A stretch of DNA of 64,000 bases, from the IMG/VR virus record IMGVR_UViG_3300044769_000143; one strand, written 5' to 3'. The first letter of the stretch is position 1, and the number at the start of each line of letters is the position of its first letter. The stretch is from a virus. The position numbers were made by a program, and so were the translations under genes. This document shows positions 40,001 to 49,132 of this stretch, piece after piece. The notes beneath the pieces are model-generated. The model was not told the origin of the DNA, did no database searches, and saw only the letters and a program-made list of their open reading frames with translations.

Positions 40001-41963
40001 TTGGAATCAGGACTCTCTCATTGCATATATTGCTGAACTTGCTAATGTTGCCAATGTAGCTGGTGAGATTGGGGAACAGTTCGAGGTAAGTTTGAAATTG
40101 TTCAAGGATGCTATATCGGAAGCGGGAGAAAATAAAGGAAAGGATCCAGCTTCTGCGATTGCTGCTGCGATAGGAATGGTCATGGCTGCTGTTCAGGCAT
40201 ATGCGTTATTGCAAACAGCCACAGATAAAGCGAGTAAAGCCCAGCGTGTTCTTGGTGGTGCGATGGCTGGAGCAATGCTTGGCGCCTCGATTGGTGGACG
40301 TGCTGGTATCTACGGAGCAATTGCTGGTTTCGTAGTTGGTGCATTTGTTGGTGCGTTCCGAAAGGTACCGTGGGCTGAAATCGGTCAGCGAGTTGGACAC
40401 GACTTTGGCGTTGCGATTTCTGATTCTCTAGCCAAGACAATTAAAGCTGACGCTGATAAGATATTTGGAGGAGATTGGCAATCAGCTGCAATTTACCACC
40501 TGAAAGAGATTATTGACGCGGCTGGCGGAATTAACAATATAAACTTCGATCAATTGCTCCGAAATCTTCGTGACGCCTTTGTCATGTTGGATCAGGGGCG
40601 AATGACTGCTGGGCAAGTACAGAAGATTCTTGATGATACGTTTGATCAGTTCTTAGCAGAGGGAACTGATGCTCTTGGCTTTGTTAGTACAAAACTTCTA
40701 GAAATTGTTGATCTGTCCCTTAGATTTGGAATTGAATCTAAAAAGATCAAGGAGTTCTTCAAGGCACAGGGTGACAGTCTCATTGATGCCATAAACGTTA
40801 TGGGCAAAATGATGCCCAAACAAGATGCCTGGATGGCTCTTGGTGACACGATTGATTCGGCGAGAAAGGCTATCGAGGAACTGAATAAGACTCCACTCGG
40901 AGAACGTGATGCCGATTGGACGAAGGACATGGCAAAGGAGACAGAGAAGCTCAACAAGGCACTTGCTGAACAGCAGGTGGAAGCTGCTGGTGCCGCGACC
41001 CAGATGGAAAATCTTGGTCTCACAATTGCCGGTACGTTCTTTGCCGCGATCGCCGCCGGCAGGACGTTTAATCAGGCGATGCGTGACGCCAAGGATGGCC
41101 TCGATAGCTTCTTTGGAGCGATGAAAGCTCTTGGCCTTTCATCCAGTGACCCTCTATTAAAGCTCCTCGAAATTCAGTGGAAGGTCCAGCAGGCGATTCC
41201 GAATACTATCGCTGGAGTTGACGCCCTCGGTCAGAGCATCGTTGGCTTGTTCAACATGAAGCTTCTGACGCCGGACATTTTCTCCTCAATTCAGAAGACG
41301 GCGTATGATGCGTACGTAGCGATTCAGGGTCAGGTTGCTGCAGTTGGTGGCACGACGAGGGATGCACTTATCCCGATGCAGGCGTACCTGCAGCAGGCTG
41401 CGAAAGCTGCCAAGGATCTGAATATCCCGCTCGACGAAACTACTCAGATGATGATCGACCAGTCGATTGAACTGGGTATCTGGAAAGAACTTGGCCCGTC
41501 GGCGATGGAGGCACTGACCTCTGCATTGAATACGCTGATTACCCGGTTGGACGTTCTGATTACGCAGTTGATAGATATGCCGGAAGCACCTAATCCGTTT
41601 AGAAATTGGACCGTGCCGCCGGTTCCTGATCCGGAAAATCCGAATGCGCCGATGCCTCCAGGCGGAAATCGCAAGGGGCCACCTGAAGAATTTGCTGGCG
41701 GAACAATCGGTAGTGGTAGTTGGTTCGGTAATTTCGGCGCTGGAACAAATGCTATCCTGCACGGTAGTGAAGCAGTAATCACTCCCGGTCAGGCGGTGCC
41801 ATTCGCAGCGAGTATTCTCGGACAGGACATGTTCGCCGGTTCGAGTGCGTCTTCTGGCGGTCCAATTCCCGTAACGCTTCTGGTGAAGAATCACCGGGTG
41901 CTCACTGAGGTTGTCCTCGAAGATGCGGACAGCTTCCTCGCGTCACGGGGTGTCCGTCGGTGA
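37020..41963 (+). CDS. Tape measure protein
   Basis: 1647 aa, helical with hydrophobic Gly/Ala-rich segments. Position after the G/GT chaperones. The first four fifths are visibly AT-richer than the last fifth. Confidence 0.85.
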   Translation: MGTIVLGTLQFVNQASPQIMAVANSLDTLGAAARSLGMQLIVLGGTLYRSLTVPLMGLVKIGIDFEHQFANVVKTVQGFGYVDAFGKLNIQAKAFQDQLREMATRLPFTHKQLTEIAAFGGQFGVHKRDLADFTETVAKLGTTIDGIEVETAAKALAQIKNITGDASKGYGKLAATLVDLGNKGISTEGTILEITRRMSGAGAVAKMSSSQMFGWSAAVANLGHRSELGGNAIANTILKVSRSVAEGGDKLAALARISGKSAKQFAEDWGKDASAALNQLLTRISTMSKTKIPSAISELFGTSVRQNQVLLTLVNTMDDLNKTLGDSETAYKKGTAMEDEFAKKAITLQNQLAVLQNRVRDVAITIAQPFMDALRGVIIWLDPFFKHIESLAKSFSELDKSAQRIIVTFAVLGGVGIPTLIIAVGGLLWVFGSLVGILAQVGIAIATIGGSAATASLLGWLTASSAAIGAFVVSASTLVGVVLLVIGTLYALTKARDAAFDSWVAPQIIQMAQDFGVLSKEVKTFASAEEEAAYKSEQLGLAYYGLRQKVIDFGVEQGIIGDKTQDMITNWDSLYSKFGSVSKILDILRRQFIDFSKDVAPPDWLMMILTGGAGAWTLNAIMNANTRRNYVPPAGANIAPKGFRLPAEDEKELGALIPFPETIGRLPRMGFGGMAYSDVFSKVNKDLALTNLLMSKNQVIQSDLNAMLLEETPYERMAKDAKAASEAARKEAEALKKLMENFEFYQDMHKMIGLEDYMKFNRMTIALQDLTSKGIKPGAAFFREYGDTAVKAADYITATGGTISKEMKGIIAGSEENIKKLNEIFLEMADPKKFSTKLQEFGLSIYEFKQELDDLQFEQWVERQTNATVQAIAKWEHGLKDLKEKVDIKPSNVSIELWERYVATLNQIEVGKLARIVRESDELRKVYVLFSKLPGGGFGIKAIEDFLNLMGGGKAKGGEDDPTKKIQTGIEKVHKLVKDTAQAFSKLKSIMGDTWNQDSLIAYIAELANVANVAGEIGEQFEVSLKLFKDAISEAGENKGKDPASAIAAAIGMVMAAVQAYALLQTATDKASKAQRVLGGAMAGAMLGASIGGRAGIYGAIAGFVVGAFVGAFRKVPWAEIGQRVGHDFGVAISDSLAKTIKADADKIFGGDWQSAAIYHLKEIIDAAGGINNINFDQLLRNLRDAFVMLDQGRMTAGQVQKILDDTFDQFLAEGTDALGFVSTKLLEIVDLSLRFGIESKKIKEFFKAQGDSLIDAINVMGKMMPKQDAWMALGDTIDSARKAIEELNKTPLGERDADWTKDMAKETEKLNKALAEQQVEAAGAATQMENLGLTIAGTFFAAIAAGRTFNQAMRDAKDGLDSFFGAMKALGLSSSDPLLKLLEIQWKVQQAIPNTIAGVDALGQSIVGLFNMKLLTPDIFSSIQKTAYDAYVAIQGQVAAVGGTTRDALIPMQAYLQQAAKAAKDLNIPLDETTQMMIDQSIELGIWKELGPSAMEALTSALNTLITRLDVLITQLIDMPEAPNPFRNWTVPPVPDPENPNAPMPPGGNRKGPPEEFAGGTIGSGSWFGNFGAGTNAILHGSEAVITPGQAVPFAASILGQDMFAGSSASSGGPIPVTLLVKNHRVLTEVVLEDADSFLASRGVRR

Positions 41964-43756
41964 GCAACGTAGTAATGACCATCAATGGGGTGGACATGTC
42001 GGATGTTCTTCTCCGGCGTGGCGCATGGTCGTTAAATAAACGATGGTCAGTGGAGACGTTCAAATTCACCGTTCGTAACTATATCTTTGGACCTACCGCG
42101 TACCGTGTGCCGATTGGTGCTGATGTAGTATTGCACTATCGTGGTGACTTGATGTTTGGTGGACAGGTTCAAAGTATCGAGGAGTACCGTGCTGGCGATG
42201 AAGGTCCTATCTTTATAGATGTCAATTGTATCTGCTACGACCTTATTGCACATCAGGTAATTCTCACAGGAGAAACAGCTCCGGGAACTGTCCATGATAT
42301 TGCGTATCAGTTCTTTTTGAAACATCTAGCGCCGAAAGGTTGTACGTGGATCGGTCCAGGGCCGGGGTTTCCGTCGCCAACAATCCCCAAGATGACGTTT
42401 ATTCGCGCGTCACTTGGTGAGATTTTCAACAGGATGACCAAGCTCTCGAATCTTCCGTGGCGTATCAACGGCGATAAATGGTTTGCTTTTGTAGGAACAA
42501 CGCTGCCGCTTCCGATGGATCCGATGAGAACTGATCATTTTCTTGCAGGAGTAAAGATAGATCAGGAATACCACGAATACGGCTTGCGGCTCATTATGCA
42601 AACGGGCGGTACGGGTGAAGCGAAGCACTCGGAAACTCACACGGCTAATGGGGTAAAGAAATATTTCCAGGTAAATGTCGAACCGCGGCCTGATGAAGTA
42701 AAGGAAGAGGAAGGCGTTGAAACTACGACCACATATATTCCAACGCAATTTCAGCTTAATGGTGTAGATACACCATTCAATGGAAGTCCGTGGAACTGGG
42801 ACCGAACAGAGCACATTGCGTGGACAAGTGGCACGGCTCCTGTTGCTGGTACTACGCTGAAGTTCTCATTTGATATTTCCTTTCCGGCGGTAGTTCGCGT
42901 CTGGACTCCTTCGCTTTTACTTGCCGACGGACAAATGAATGCAGCTACTCGGATAGATAAACTCCTCGACGTGAGCCACTTAACGGATGTAGCTGAAACG
43001 GCTGCGTGGGGCAATATAGAAATAGTTCGTGCTGGACTTACTCCTCGGAAGCTTAAAGGTTCGACGACAATCCGGGGTCACTACCCGTACTTAACGGGAC
43101 GATTGGCACTTCCGGAACACAACGTTGATGCAAACTTTTTGCTAGAAAACGTAGCTATTCGTGATAGTGATGGCGACCCAAATATCTTCGAGCATTTAAT
43201 TTATGATCTCGAGTTTATCGAGGGAGACCGTGCTGGGAGACAATGGGAAGACCTCTTTACTGAGATGGGTGGTCGCGGTACTCAGGGCGGTAGCGTTGAG
43301 ATCCGCGGCACGGGTGGTGCAGTTAACCCATCGACTCCTGGCGGGTCTGGCGGAACTGGAGGCGGAGGCGGCGGTGTGGGACTCCCGGCCGGATTTACGT
43401 TCCAACTCGGTGGAGATAACAACGAATACGTTGTTTTAGATACGACGTTCCGGGATATCCCTGAATTGTTGCCAAATATGTTCGGCGGTCCGGATATGGG
43501 CACCACCTGGACTTTCAAAGCATTTGCGTATATCCTAGGCTCTGCAGGACCAATCGTAGAAATAGAATTGTACGCCGGTTCACGAATTGCTATTGGCACG
43601 ATTACCACCACAGGAATACTGACACAAGGTCCGTGGGGTTCATTTGACCAGCCGGTAACAGTTCCTGGAGCAGCAACCGGATTGTTATGCCGCGCGCGTG
43701 TGGTCACGGGTACAGCTAATGTCGTGATTGGTCACTGCATTCTTTACAAAGGGTAG
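41960..43756 (+). CDS. Minor tail protein (distal-tail/Dit-like candidate) with Gly-rich linker
   Basis: 598-aa ORF overlapping the TMP stop. Contains PGGSGGTGGGGGG. The assignment is positional. Confidence 0.4.
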   Translation: MSNVVMTINGVDMSDVLLRRGAWSLNKRWSVETFKFTVRNYIFGPTAYRVPIGADVVLHYRGDLMFGGQVQSIEEYRAGDEGPIFIDVNCICYDLIAHQVILTGETAPGTVHDIAYQFFLKHLAPKGCTWIGPGPGFPSPTIPKMTFIRASLGEIFNRMTKLSNLPWRINGDKWFAFVGTTLPLPMDPMRTDHFLAGVKIDQEYHEYGLRLIMQTGGTGEAKHSETHTANGVKKYFQVNVEPRPDEVKEEEGVETTTTYIPTQFQLNGVDTPFNGSPWNWDRTEHIAWTSGTAPVAGTTLKFSFDISFPAVVRVWTPSLLLADGQMNAATRIDKLLDVSHLTDVAETAAWGNIEIVRAGLTPRKLKGSTTIRGHYPYLTGRLALPEHNVDANFLLENVAIRDSDGDPNIFEHLIYDLEFIEGDRAGRQWEDLFTEMGGRGTQGGSVEIRGTGGAVNPSTPGGSGGTGGGGGGVGLPAGFTFQLGGDNNEYVVLDTTFRDIPELLPNMFGGPDMGTTWTFKAFAYILGSAGPIVEIELYAGSRIAIGTITTTGILTQGPWGSFDQPVTVPGAATGLLCRARVVTGTANVVIGHCILYKG

Positions 43757-43758
43757 CT

Positions 43759-46700
43759 ATGAATCGTAAGAATATCGGATTCATCCTGTGGGCAATCACT
43801 TTACTGATGCTGTGGGTTATCCTCACCTCGAAGGCCCACGGACAGGTAGTCACTGGAACAGGCCTCTCGATTGGTACTCCGCCGACTCCGCCAGGAAGTA
43901 GTTCACCGGTTCGCATTGTTGGTATTCCAGGAACTACAAACGGAGTTCTCGACGTAAACGGTACGGGAGATCTTGTTCGTAGATTTGCTGTCAAACTTGA
44001 CCTTCCGGCGTCTATTGCGTATGAGGACGAAGGAAACACGTTCTCCGCGACGCAAACGATTAGCGGCGCGTTTGATTTGGTTGTAGGCACGGGCGGAATT
44101 CGAGGACCTGCTGGAACTGGTGTCAGAATTGACAATACTGGAAATACTGGTGTTTGGGTGGCGCAGTTCGCTAACACCGCGATCACGCTGAGCCAGCCGA
44201 CTGCAATCACCGGTGATAGTAGTGTAACCGGCACATGGGTTGTGACCGGGCTATCGACACTATCTGGTGGATTCACAGCAGGTGCTGCAAGTCAGGTCAA
44301 TAGCACACTTGGTGTGACTGGTCTTTCTACACTCACAGGTGGTTTCACGGCAGGAGCAGCCTCGACCGTAAATAGCACTCTTGGAGTCACTGGCCTGACC
44401 ACGCTCGCTAAGGTGAAGACAACTGGAATCTACGCCGTTGCTGCACCGCTCTTGTTTCGTGATTCGACAGATGCGACAACCGTTATGTCGATGGCCGATA
44501 CGGGTCTCGGAATTACCGGCACGCTTGGCGTGTCAGGACTTTCGACATTGACCGGTGGTTTCAATTCCAATGCGGCATCGGCCGTGAACAGCACGCTCAA
44601 TATCACCGGATTGACGACAGCTGCTAAGATTCGCACGACGGGCGTGTATGGCGTGGCGTCGCCGTTCAATATCTTCGCTACCGATGGTGTGACTCCGCGC
44701 GTACAGGTGGCCGATAACGGTCCACTGGTGCTGACCGATACCGGAACTGATGCTTACATCCGGTACGCGGCGAGCGGAAACACGACAGGTCAGCGACAGT
44801 GGCGCGCGGGAAACATCACCGGCAACTTTGTTATCGGCGGCGGTGATGATGCGGCCACCACATGGTCGACTCTCGCTCGTGGCACCGAAACAGATGGAAT
44901 CGCTAACGGATGGTTCTGGGGAGAGGCTGTTACCAATGTCGATCCGCTGCTGTCGTACGAGACATCGCTTGGTAATGACATCTATAAGTACCTGAGCCTG
45001 AGTGCGGCCGAGCTGCGCGTGGGTACAATCGTGGCGCAGGATTACATCGCCACCATTGGCGGGCGCGTGATGGTTGGCCCCACCACGCAGTTGACCGAGG
45101 ATCTGACCGATAGCGCCACGCAAATCTTTGTCAAGCATAACGAGATGGCGAGCGGTGACCGCGTATATATGGAAGGTGGTGGTAAGGTCGAATTCATGGC
45201 TGTGACCAGCGGCCCCACCGATATGAGCGGCGGCGGCACCGTGTCGTCAATCGTGCGCACCGGGGTCGCGGGCGGCGTGACTACCGCGACGATGCCGACG
45301 CATGTCGCTGGCGATATTCTTGTTCTTATCTCATTGCGAATTGGTTCGAATTCGCCTCCAACGGCTGGCACGTCGACAGGTGGAGGAACGTGGCTCAATG
45401 TGTGTAGCGGAGGTAGTGATTCTACATCGTACCGCGTGGCGTATCTCGTGGCGACAAGCGCGGCCGAAACCACTGGTACATGGTCAGGCGCCACCCATCT
45501 TTTTGTGATGGTATATCAGGGGCTGACGTCGCCCTACTTCGGAGCGTGTGCGTCGACGGGAATAGCGGGCGGCTCGGTGGCCACGTTGACGTATCCAGCT
45601 CTGACGTTGACCGACGCGGATGGCTCCTCGTTTATCTTGCGGGCCGGCACGGTCAACAACGCTACCAACGTGGAGACATTGCCTCCCACTGGCAGCTACT
45701 CACTCGTTCTGGATCTTGACGACACGCGAGACTCGGCGCTGTGGACCTCAACTAGCGGGCAGACAACGGTGGTGCAGGATAATGTCACGACCAACGCCGT
45801 CAGCGCGACGCGCGGTCTGAGTCTGGAATTGCTGGGCACGATTACTTCTGGCAGCCCAACGGGTGCCGGTCCCTTCCGCTACGACGTGACTCGAAACCTC
45901 GATGGCTCCAGCATCAATTTTTGGTACAAGGGTGACGCCATCTTCAACACTGGAACGACGGGCGATGGGTTCTGGGACATCTACTCAATTCAGAGCGTGA
46001 AGGGTGGTAGTGAACGTGGTCCGACGCAGTGTGCGAATGTTCGTACGTCAGCGACGTATAACGCATGGTCACCTCGTTTTTGTTCGGGAAATCTTTACGG
46101 GCTGTACGGCAATCCTGCGAGCAATGTGTATGGTACCGCGTTCGGTGACTATACCGATGTGTGGGGCCAAATTGATACAGTCAACGGGTTTCGATTCTTC
46201 GAGGGAAGTACCAACCAGAAACTGCGAATTGATCCGTCCGGCTACGTCTTGATTGGTACGGCTGGTTCTGGGCAGGGTAATACGTTTATCGACAATTCTG
46301 CGGTCAAACTGCGACTCGGCACGGTGGAACATGCCGTGCTCAGTGCGAGCGGGTTGCTCCTCGGTACGATTGGCGCTGGCGAGGAAAACGCACTTGTGAC
46401 ATCGACATCATTCGCTATACGTAATGGTACGACCAAGCGGGCAGAGTTGACCGGTGGTGCGTTTCGTTTCTATGACAGTGCGGGAACGAACTACACTGCT
46501 GAATTTGCAGATACCTCTGCGACCATGGGGTACCGCCATCTGGCCCCGACGACCAATTACCCGAATACGTATGTCACGGCGGCCGGTCTTGAAATCGCCC
46601 ACGGCACGACCAAGCGTATGGATCTTGTTGGCAATGTGTTGAAGATTTATCGATCCGATGGCGTTACGGCGGCGATCACGCTCGACGCTGCTAATGGCGC

Positions 46701-48222
46701 GACGTTCGTTGGAGAGGGCGGCGGGGTCACCAACATCAACGGCGGCAATATCCAGACGAGCACGATTACAGCAACCCAGATTGCGGCGGGCGCGATCACG
46801 GCCGACGATCTAGCGGTCGGATTAAGCAGTGACAATCTGATTATGAATGGCAATTTTGAGGAAACCTACGCGGGATGGCGGTGTGTTGAATCGGCCGGGA
46901 TTGCGTGTCAGGCCGGTGGGGTGACCACGGCGGGCGGCTGGCACATCAGCACATCGGGCGTGGAAGGCGCGTACACGGCGGTCGTCGCCTATACGCCGAC
47001 GCCCGGGATCGGCATGGCGATCGGATCGCGGGCGGTGCCCATTGATGATCGATCGACGTACTTTGTGCGGCTGTCGGTCTATTCGTCGGTCGCCAGCGCC
47101 ACCGGGCTCTACGTCCGCATGAACGAAGCCGACGCGACCATCCCCACGCCCATGTGGCTGGGCAATGGCGGGTACAGCGGTGTCACGAATCGGACCGGGC
47201 TTAAAGACCTGATCGGTAACGGGAGCCATCCGGGCGGCTACGTGACCCACGAATTGCTGTACACGCCGACGGCGGGAACCAAATTCGCGTCGCTCGCGGT
47301 CTACAACTGGACGTGTGTCTCGGGCGGCGGCACGTGCGGGTACATGCTCCTCGATGGCGTGCAGATGATCAAGAAGACCGGCAACCTGTCGGCGCTGTCG
47401 GCGAGCATGGGTACGATCGACATTCTCACTGGAGGTCATGTTAAATCAGGTACCGCGCTGCCTTCCGGGTCAGGCGATGGGTTTTGGTTGGGCCGCGATA
47501 GTGATACTCTCTCCAAATTCTACATTGGTAATTGGAATGGCTCGACAGGAAACTATCTGTACTGGAATGGCTCCGGGTTGTCGATGGTGGGCAATCTCTC
47601 AAGTCCCGGTTATTGGTCGCTTGGACAAACGTCTGGATTGAATTTCGTGCAGACCGATGCCAACTTCTCTATCGCGAGAGGCGTAAGTTTCGGCACGTCT
47701 GGGGCGTGGGGCAGTCTTTTTTCCATCAAGCAAACAGGTTATCCAGAAATCTACATGCAAGGAGGTGGAGGCGGTAGAGCTATCGTTGACGGCCCAGCGG
47801 TCGCGATTCTGCAAGGGAGCACGGCCATCGTGCGGACGCCAACTGGTGTGACCAGCACCGCGATTGAAGTGCAGGCTACCGACATCAAGATTGGCGTTAC
47901 GGGGTCAGGGATCGCTACTACCATGAGCCCGTATTTCGATGGGCAGGTCACGCTGGGCACGAGCGCGAAGCGCTACAAGACGATCAACATGGACCTTCCG
48001 AACAACCCCACGCCCAAATTCGTGCTCGTGAACAAGGGCTGCGGCACGAGCGGTGGCAGCGGGTGCGGGGGTGACGAAGATTCGGCGGTCGGCTATTACT
48101 TCGCGCTGGGCAGCGTGACACCCGTCAATATCCACATGCGGAAGTGGGACAACAGTGGATCGTGTTACATCAGCGTGGTGACGGGCCTCGTTTTCTATAC
48201 CACTTGTCCTACACCACCGTAA
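43759..48222 (+). CDS. Giant tail fibre / central fibre protein
   Basis: 1487 aa. Hydrophobic N-terminus, about 23-aa VNSTLGVTGLSTLTGGFTAGAAS repeats (nt about 44224-44660), and a Gly/Thr/Ser-rich beta-type composition. Confidence 0.55.
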   Translation: MNRKNIGFILWAITLLMLWVILTSKAHGQVVTGTGLSIGTPPTPPGSSSPVRIVGIPGTTNGVLDVNGTGDLVRRFAVKLDLPASIAYEDEGNTFSATQTISGAFDLVVGTGGIRGPAGTGVRIDNTGNTGVWVAQFANTAITLSQPTAITGDSSVTGTWVVTGLSTLSGGFTAGAASQVNSTLGVTGLSTLTGGFTAGAASTVNSTLGVTGLTTLAKVKTTGIYAVAAPLLFRDSTDATTVMSMADTGLGITGTLGVSGLSTLTGGFNSNAASAVNSTLNITGLTTAAKIRTTGVYGVASPFNIFATDGVTPRVQVADNGPLVLTDTGTDAYIRYAASGNTTGQRQWRAGNITGNFVIGGGDDAATTWSTLARGTETDGIANGWFWGEAVTNVDPLLSYETSLGNDIYKYLSLSAAELRVGTIVAQDYIATIGGRVMVGPTTQLTEDLTDSATQIFVKHNEMASGDRVYMEGGGKVEFMAVTSGPTDMSGGGTVSSIVRTGVAGGVTTATMPTHVAGDILVLISLRIGSNSPPTAGTSTGGGTWLNVCSGGSDSTSYRVAYLVATSAAETTGTWSGATHLFVMVYQGLTSPYFGACASTGIAGGSVATLTYPALTLTDADGSSFILRAGTVNNATNVETLPPTGSYSLVLDLDDTRDSALWTSTSGQTTVVQDNVTTNAVSATRGLSLELLGTITSGSPTGAGPFRYDVTRNLDGSSINFWYKGDAIFNTGTTGDGFWDIYSIQSVKGGSERGPTQCANVRTSATYNAWSPRFCSGNLYGLYGNPASNVYGTAFGDYTDVWGQIDTVNGFRFFEGSTNQKLRIDPSGYVLIGTAGSGQGNTFIDNSAVKLRLGTVEHAVLSASGLLLGTIGAGEENALVTSTSFAIRNGTTKRAELTGGAFRFYDSAGTNYTAEFADTSATMGYRHLAPTTNYPNTYVTAAGLEIAHGTTKRMDLVGNVLKIYRSDGVTAAITLDAANGATFVGEGGGVTNINGGNIQTSTITATQIAAGAITADDLAVGLSSDNLIMNGNFEETYAGWRCVESAGIACQAGGVTTAGGWHISTSGVEGAYTAVVAYTPTPGIGMAIGSRAVPIDDRSTYFVRLSVYSSVASATGLYVRMNEADATIPTPMWLGNGGYSGVTNRTGLKDLIGNGSHPGGYVTHELLYTPTAGTKFASLAVYNWTCVSGGGTCGYMLLDGVQMIKKTGNLSALSASMGTIDILTGGHVKSGTALPSGSGDGFWLGRDSDTLSKFYIGNWNGSTGNYLYWNGSGLSMVGNLSSPGYWSLGQTSGLNFVQTDANFSIARGVSFGTSGAWGSLFSIKQTGYPEIYMQGGGGGRAIVDGPAVAILQGSTAIVRTPTGVTSTAIEVQATDIKIGVTGSGIATTMSPYFDGQVTLGTSAKRYKTINMDLPNNPTPKFVLVNKGCGTSGGSGCGGDEDSAVGYYFALGSVTPVNIHMRKWDNSGSCYISVVTGLVFYTTCPTPP

Positions 48223-48232
48223 GGAGTTACAT

Positions 48233-48754
48233 ATGCGACAGAATTTGGTATTGATGTTCGTATTTTTCTTGCCAAGTGTGGCAACAGCACAGTTGACGTA
48301 CGAGCAGCGCGCGGCGTACGCGAAGGATCCGTTGTGGATCGACCGGGTTGGGGTGGCTGCGCAACAGCAAGCCGTGATTGCGCAGGGCGAGAACCCCGCG
48401 ACGTGTTGCCAGCAGTCCGCACAGGAAGCACTGGCTCCCGGCGCGAGTACGCTGTGCTCCCTGAAGATCGAGCCAGGGTCACCGACAGCGCCGACTTATC
48501 TGCAGCTGTCATCAACAGAGCGCCACAATGCCCGCGCCCGGTTGGCGGCCAACGTGATGCAGAACACCGCCATGTGGGCGCCCCGGTTCGCGGCTCAGAT
48601 CGCATCTGATTCCTGTGTGGCCCCGCCGTTCACCGATGCCGCTCTGCAGGCGTACCTGACGCGGGCATGGGATCTGTGGGCGCTGACGCCAGAGCAAGCC
48701 GCGACACCAGTTGCTCCTCCTCCACCACCAGCACCAACCATCATTAAGGAGTAG
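48233..48754 (+). CDS. Secreted protein (signal peptide)
   Basis: MRQNLVLMFVFFLPSVATAQ| signal-like N-terminus. Pro-rich C-terminus. AAGGAG SD. Confidence 0.5.
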   Translation: MRQNLVLMFVFFLPSVATAQLTYEQRAAYAKDPLWIDRVGVAAQQQAVIAQGENPATCCQQSAQEALAPGASTLCSLKIEPGSPTAPTYLQLSSTERHNARARLAANVMQNTAMWAPRFAAQIASDSCVAPPFTDAALQAYLTRAWDLWALTPEQAATPVAPPPPPAPTIIKE

Positions 48755-48756
48755 TT

Positions 48757-49125
48757 GTGACCAGAACACGACAGGCAGTACTCATGCTCGCACTGGCGGT
48801 GACGCCAGTATTTGTAGGACTTGCACAAACCCCGACAGGAGCACCTCAGGTGGAACAGCCAACGCTTTCGAATGAACTGCGCCTAGAGCGCGAGAATCTG
48901 CTCCTCACGGCCCGCGTTAATGAGCTTGAGGGACAAATCGCGCAGCTCAAAGCACAGGTCATCAACGACCGCATCGCCAAGGCCGCGCCGACGCTGATCC
49001 AGAAGTTGCAGGCTGCTGCTCCCGAGTGGGATATCAATCCCAACACCCTCGAATTCACAAAGAAGCAAGCAGTGCTCCCGACTCCAAACGGAACGCCGGC
49101 AGCAGCTCCAACTCCGAGGCCGTAG
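48757..49125 (+). CDS. Signal-peptide/anchor plus coiled-coil protein
   Basis: MTRTRQAVLMLALAVTPVFVGLAQ, then heptad-like LRLERENLLLTARVNELEGQIAQLKAQV. i-spanin-like architecture, unproven. Confidence 0.4.
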   Translation: MTRTRQAVLMLALAVTPVFVGLAQTPTGAPQVEQPTLSNELRLERENLLLTARVNELEGQIAQLKAQVINDRIAKAAPTLIQKLQAAAPEWDINPNTLEFTKKQAVLPTPNGTPAAAPTPRP

Positions 49126-49132
49126 GTGAGAC

